Positions 62,351 to 64,000 of a stretch of DNA of 64,000 nucleotides are shown here, one piece after another. The DNA comes from Octopus sinensis. Its lineage: Eukaryota. The DNA lies in assembly GCF_006345805.1 (NCBI RefSeq), contig NC_042999.1:21576001-21640000 (forward strand), given 5' to 3'. The position numbers and the translations under genes are program-made. Position 1 is the first letter of the stretch. Each line of letters begins with the position of its first letter. Under the pieces are notes generated by a model. The model searched no databases and was not told the origin of the DNA. It saw nothing but the letters and a program-made list of their open reading frames with translations.

Positions 62351-62814
62351 CCTTGGAACCTGCAACGGACCAGATTTCCGTCACTTATACGTCATGGAAA
62401 CTGATTAAAGAGCCTTATGTGTTCTAAGATTCAAAGCAAATATTTTAAAAACTCTAAGACCCGCGGCCTTCACTATCTTGTCATTTTCAGGAATGGCGCG
62501 TGAAATTCCATTATACAATTCGTATTTTTTTAAGACTACAATGTAAGATATAAAGAAAATTGGGTTTCAATTTCAACGAGGTAAAGTTATTACGCTGATG
62601 CTGCCTGTTTCTTTTTGATGCGTTCACATTTGGTTGGTAGTGAGTATTCAGTAATTGGTTGATATTTTTCATAAATGCTCCCAATATGCTTCATGGAGAA
62701 GTATTTTCTTGGTACTATGGCTCACAAGCAAGGTGTAAAAGCATTCATACCTGCTTCCGCAGCCAACTTTAATTGCTCTATTTTAAATTTCTACTCGATA
62801 TCAACAATTTTCTG

Positions 62815-62998
62815 CAGGTAATATAGCAAGGCAGTTTCGTCTCTATTTACGGTCCTAGTTCAAATTCCGCGAAGGTCGATTTGCTTTTCATCATTTCGGG
62901 GTCGATACCAGTTGCATACCAGTTGCATACGGGGTCGATCTAATCGGCTGGCCCCCTCCCCCAAAATTCAGGACTTGTGCTTAGTGTATAAAAGAATA
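62815..62998 (+). mobile_element. SINE-B with B2 tail and a small internal duplication
   Basis: tagttcaaattccgcg...(ataccagttgc)x2...ccccctccccaaaattcaggacttgtgc. Confidence 0.8.
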
Positions 62999-63284
62999 TA
63001 GCAACGTAGCGTTATTATTTCGTGTTGATTATTTCTTATAACTTGCATTTTACACCCTTTTTTTTTTAGAATAATTTCCCGTGTCATATTGGAGAGTGTC
63101 ATACCCTTAAGATATTTGCATATTTTAAATTGCATGTTTTCAACTTTGCTCCAGCCATTTCGTGTGGTATAATTGTGTTTGAGTAGAACAGGTTTTATTT
63201 GCCATCTAATATTTATTTGTAGTGAACATCGCAGCGAATGTCAATCATTTAAAGATATTTTGATATATATATATATATATAAAC

Positions 63285-63329
<45 letters not shown>

Positions 63330-63354
63330 ATATATCTATATACATATATATCTT

Positions 63355-63510
63355 TATTTTTCTCCTTATTTCTTTATGTGTTCCTTTCTGTGGAAGAGCG
63401 TAGGCTCGAAACGTTAAAGATATTTTTTAACTTCCCGAGCGTTATACTAATACATCAGCTCGTTGTCTACACCTCCTGCCTTCGTCTTTTGTATTTTTCG
63501 TGAATTCTCC
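63355..63510 (+). mobile_element. Element F copy with a complete HHR-like motif (63384-63419) and non-canonical core
   Basis: CTTT/AAAG stem I, CTGTGGA plus A, GAGC-gtag-GCTC, GAAA, ACGT palindrome, GUU triplet. Confidence 0.65.
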
Positions 63511-64000
63511 CTATATATATATGTATATATATATATATATATACACAGTGGGAGAGAGAGAGAGAGAGAGAGAGAGTCAGAGAGATTGAGAGAGTCAGAG
63601 AGTCTGAAGAGTGAAAAAGAGAGAGGAGAGAAGGATGAGGAGGAGAGAAATATAGATAGATACCTATGTATGTATATAAATGTATACATACATATATATA
63701 TATATATAATATATATATATAATTATATATATATATATATATATATATAATAGAAATATTAAAATTACTAAGTCTCTCTAAAAGAGAACAGCGGCAGCGT
63801 TCCCGGAAAATAATAGTTATCGCCATACTAATATGGCATTCTTATAAAAATACGTATATATATTAATATTAATATATAAATGAGTAACAGCAGAGGTACA
63901 AATGTCAATGCATTACAGCCGTTCCTAACGCCTCCTTTAAGTGATTAATGAAAACATTACAATATTTTAAAGAAACAAGTTTTCATCAGATGAATTCATG

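Noticed and set aside
1-64000. Most ORFs in the six-frame track (poly-I/Y/N/L, HT, CV and IY repeats)
   Set aside because: They are translations of (TAA)n, (TA)n, (CA)n and (TAGA)n microsatellites or of SINE bodies; no coding signal.

Overview
AT-rich, microsatellite-dense, non-coding eukaryotic DNA. The repeat content suggests an Octopus genome, but this is my inference from recalled repeat families, not a database match. I cannot support any intact protein-coding gene; almost all listed ORFs are microsatellite read-throughs or decayed transposon frames. The window is a mosaic of: (i) 3' fragments of R4/Dong-like RLE retrotransposons, mostly stacked in (TAA)n tracts; (ii) CR1-like and Tx1/L1-like LINE 3' ends; (iii) several tRNA-headed SINE families, here labelled A, B and C/D with tails X/Y; (iv) a deleted mariner transposase and several MITEs; (v) Penelope-like remnants. 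The most interesting signal is RNA structure. About ten type I hammerhead ribozyme (HHR) or HHR-like motifs fold by eye. They include a ~542-nt tandem unit with two covarying intact-core HHRs (23165-24069), a tRNA-like Pol III head fused to an HHR (21629-21814), and two long palindromes centred on HHR-like motifs. Two LINE fragments also end in the same 3' tails as SINE families A and B, which points to their mobilising partners. All folds and alignments were done by eye; many repeat boundaries are approximate (about +/-10 bp).
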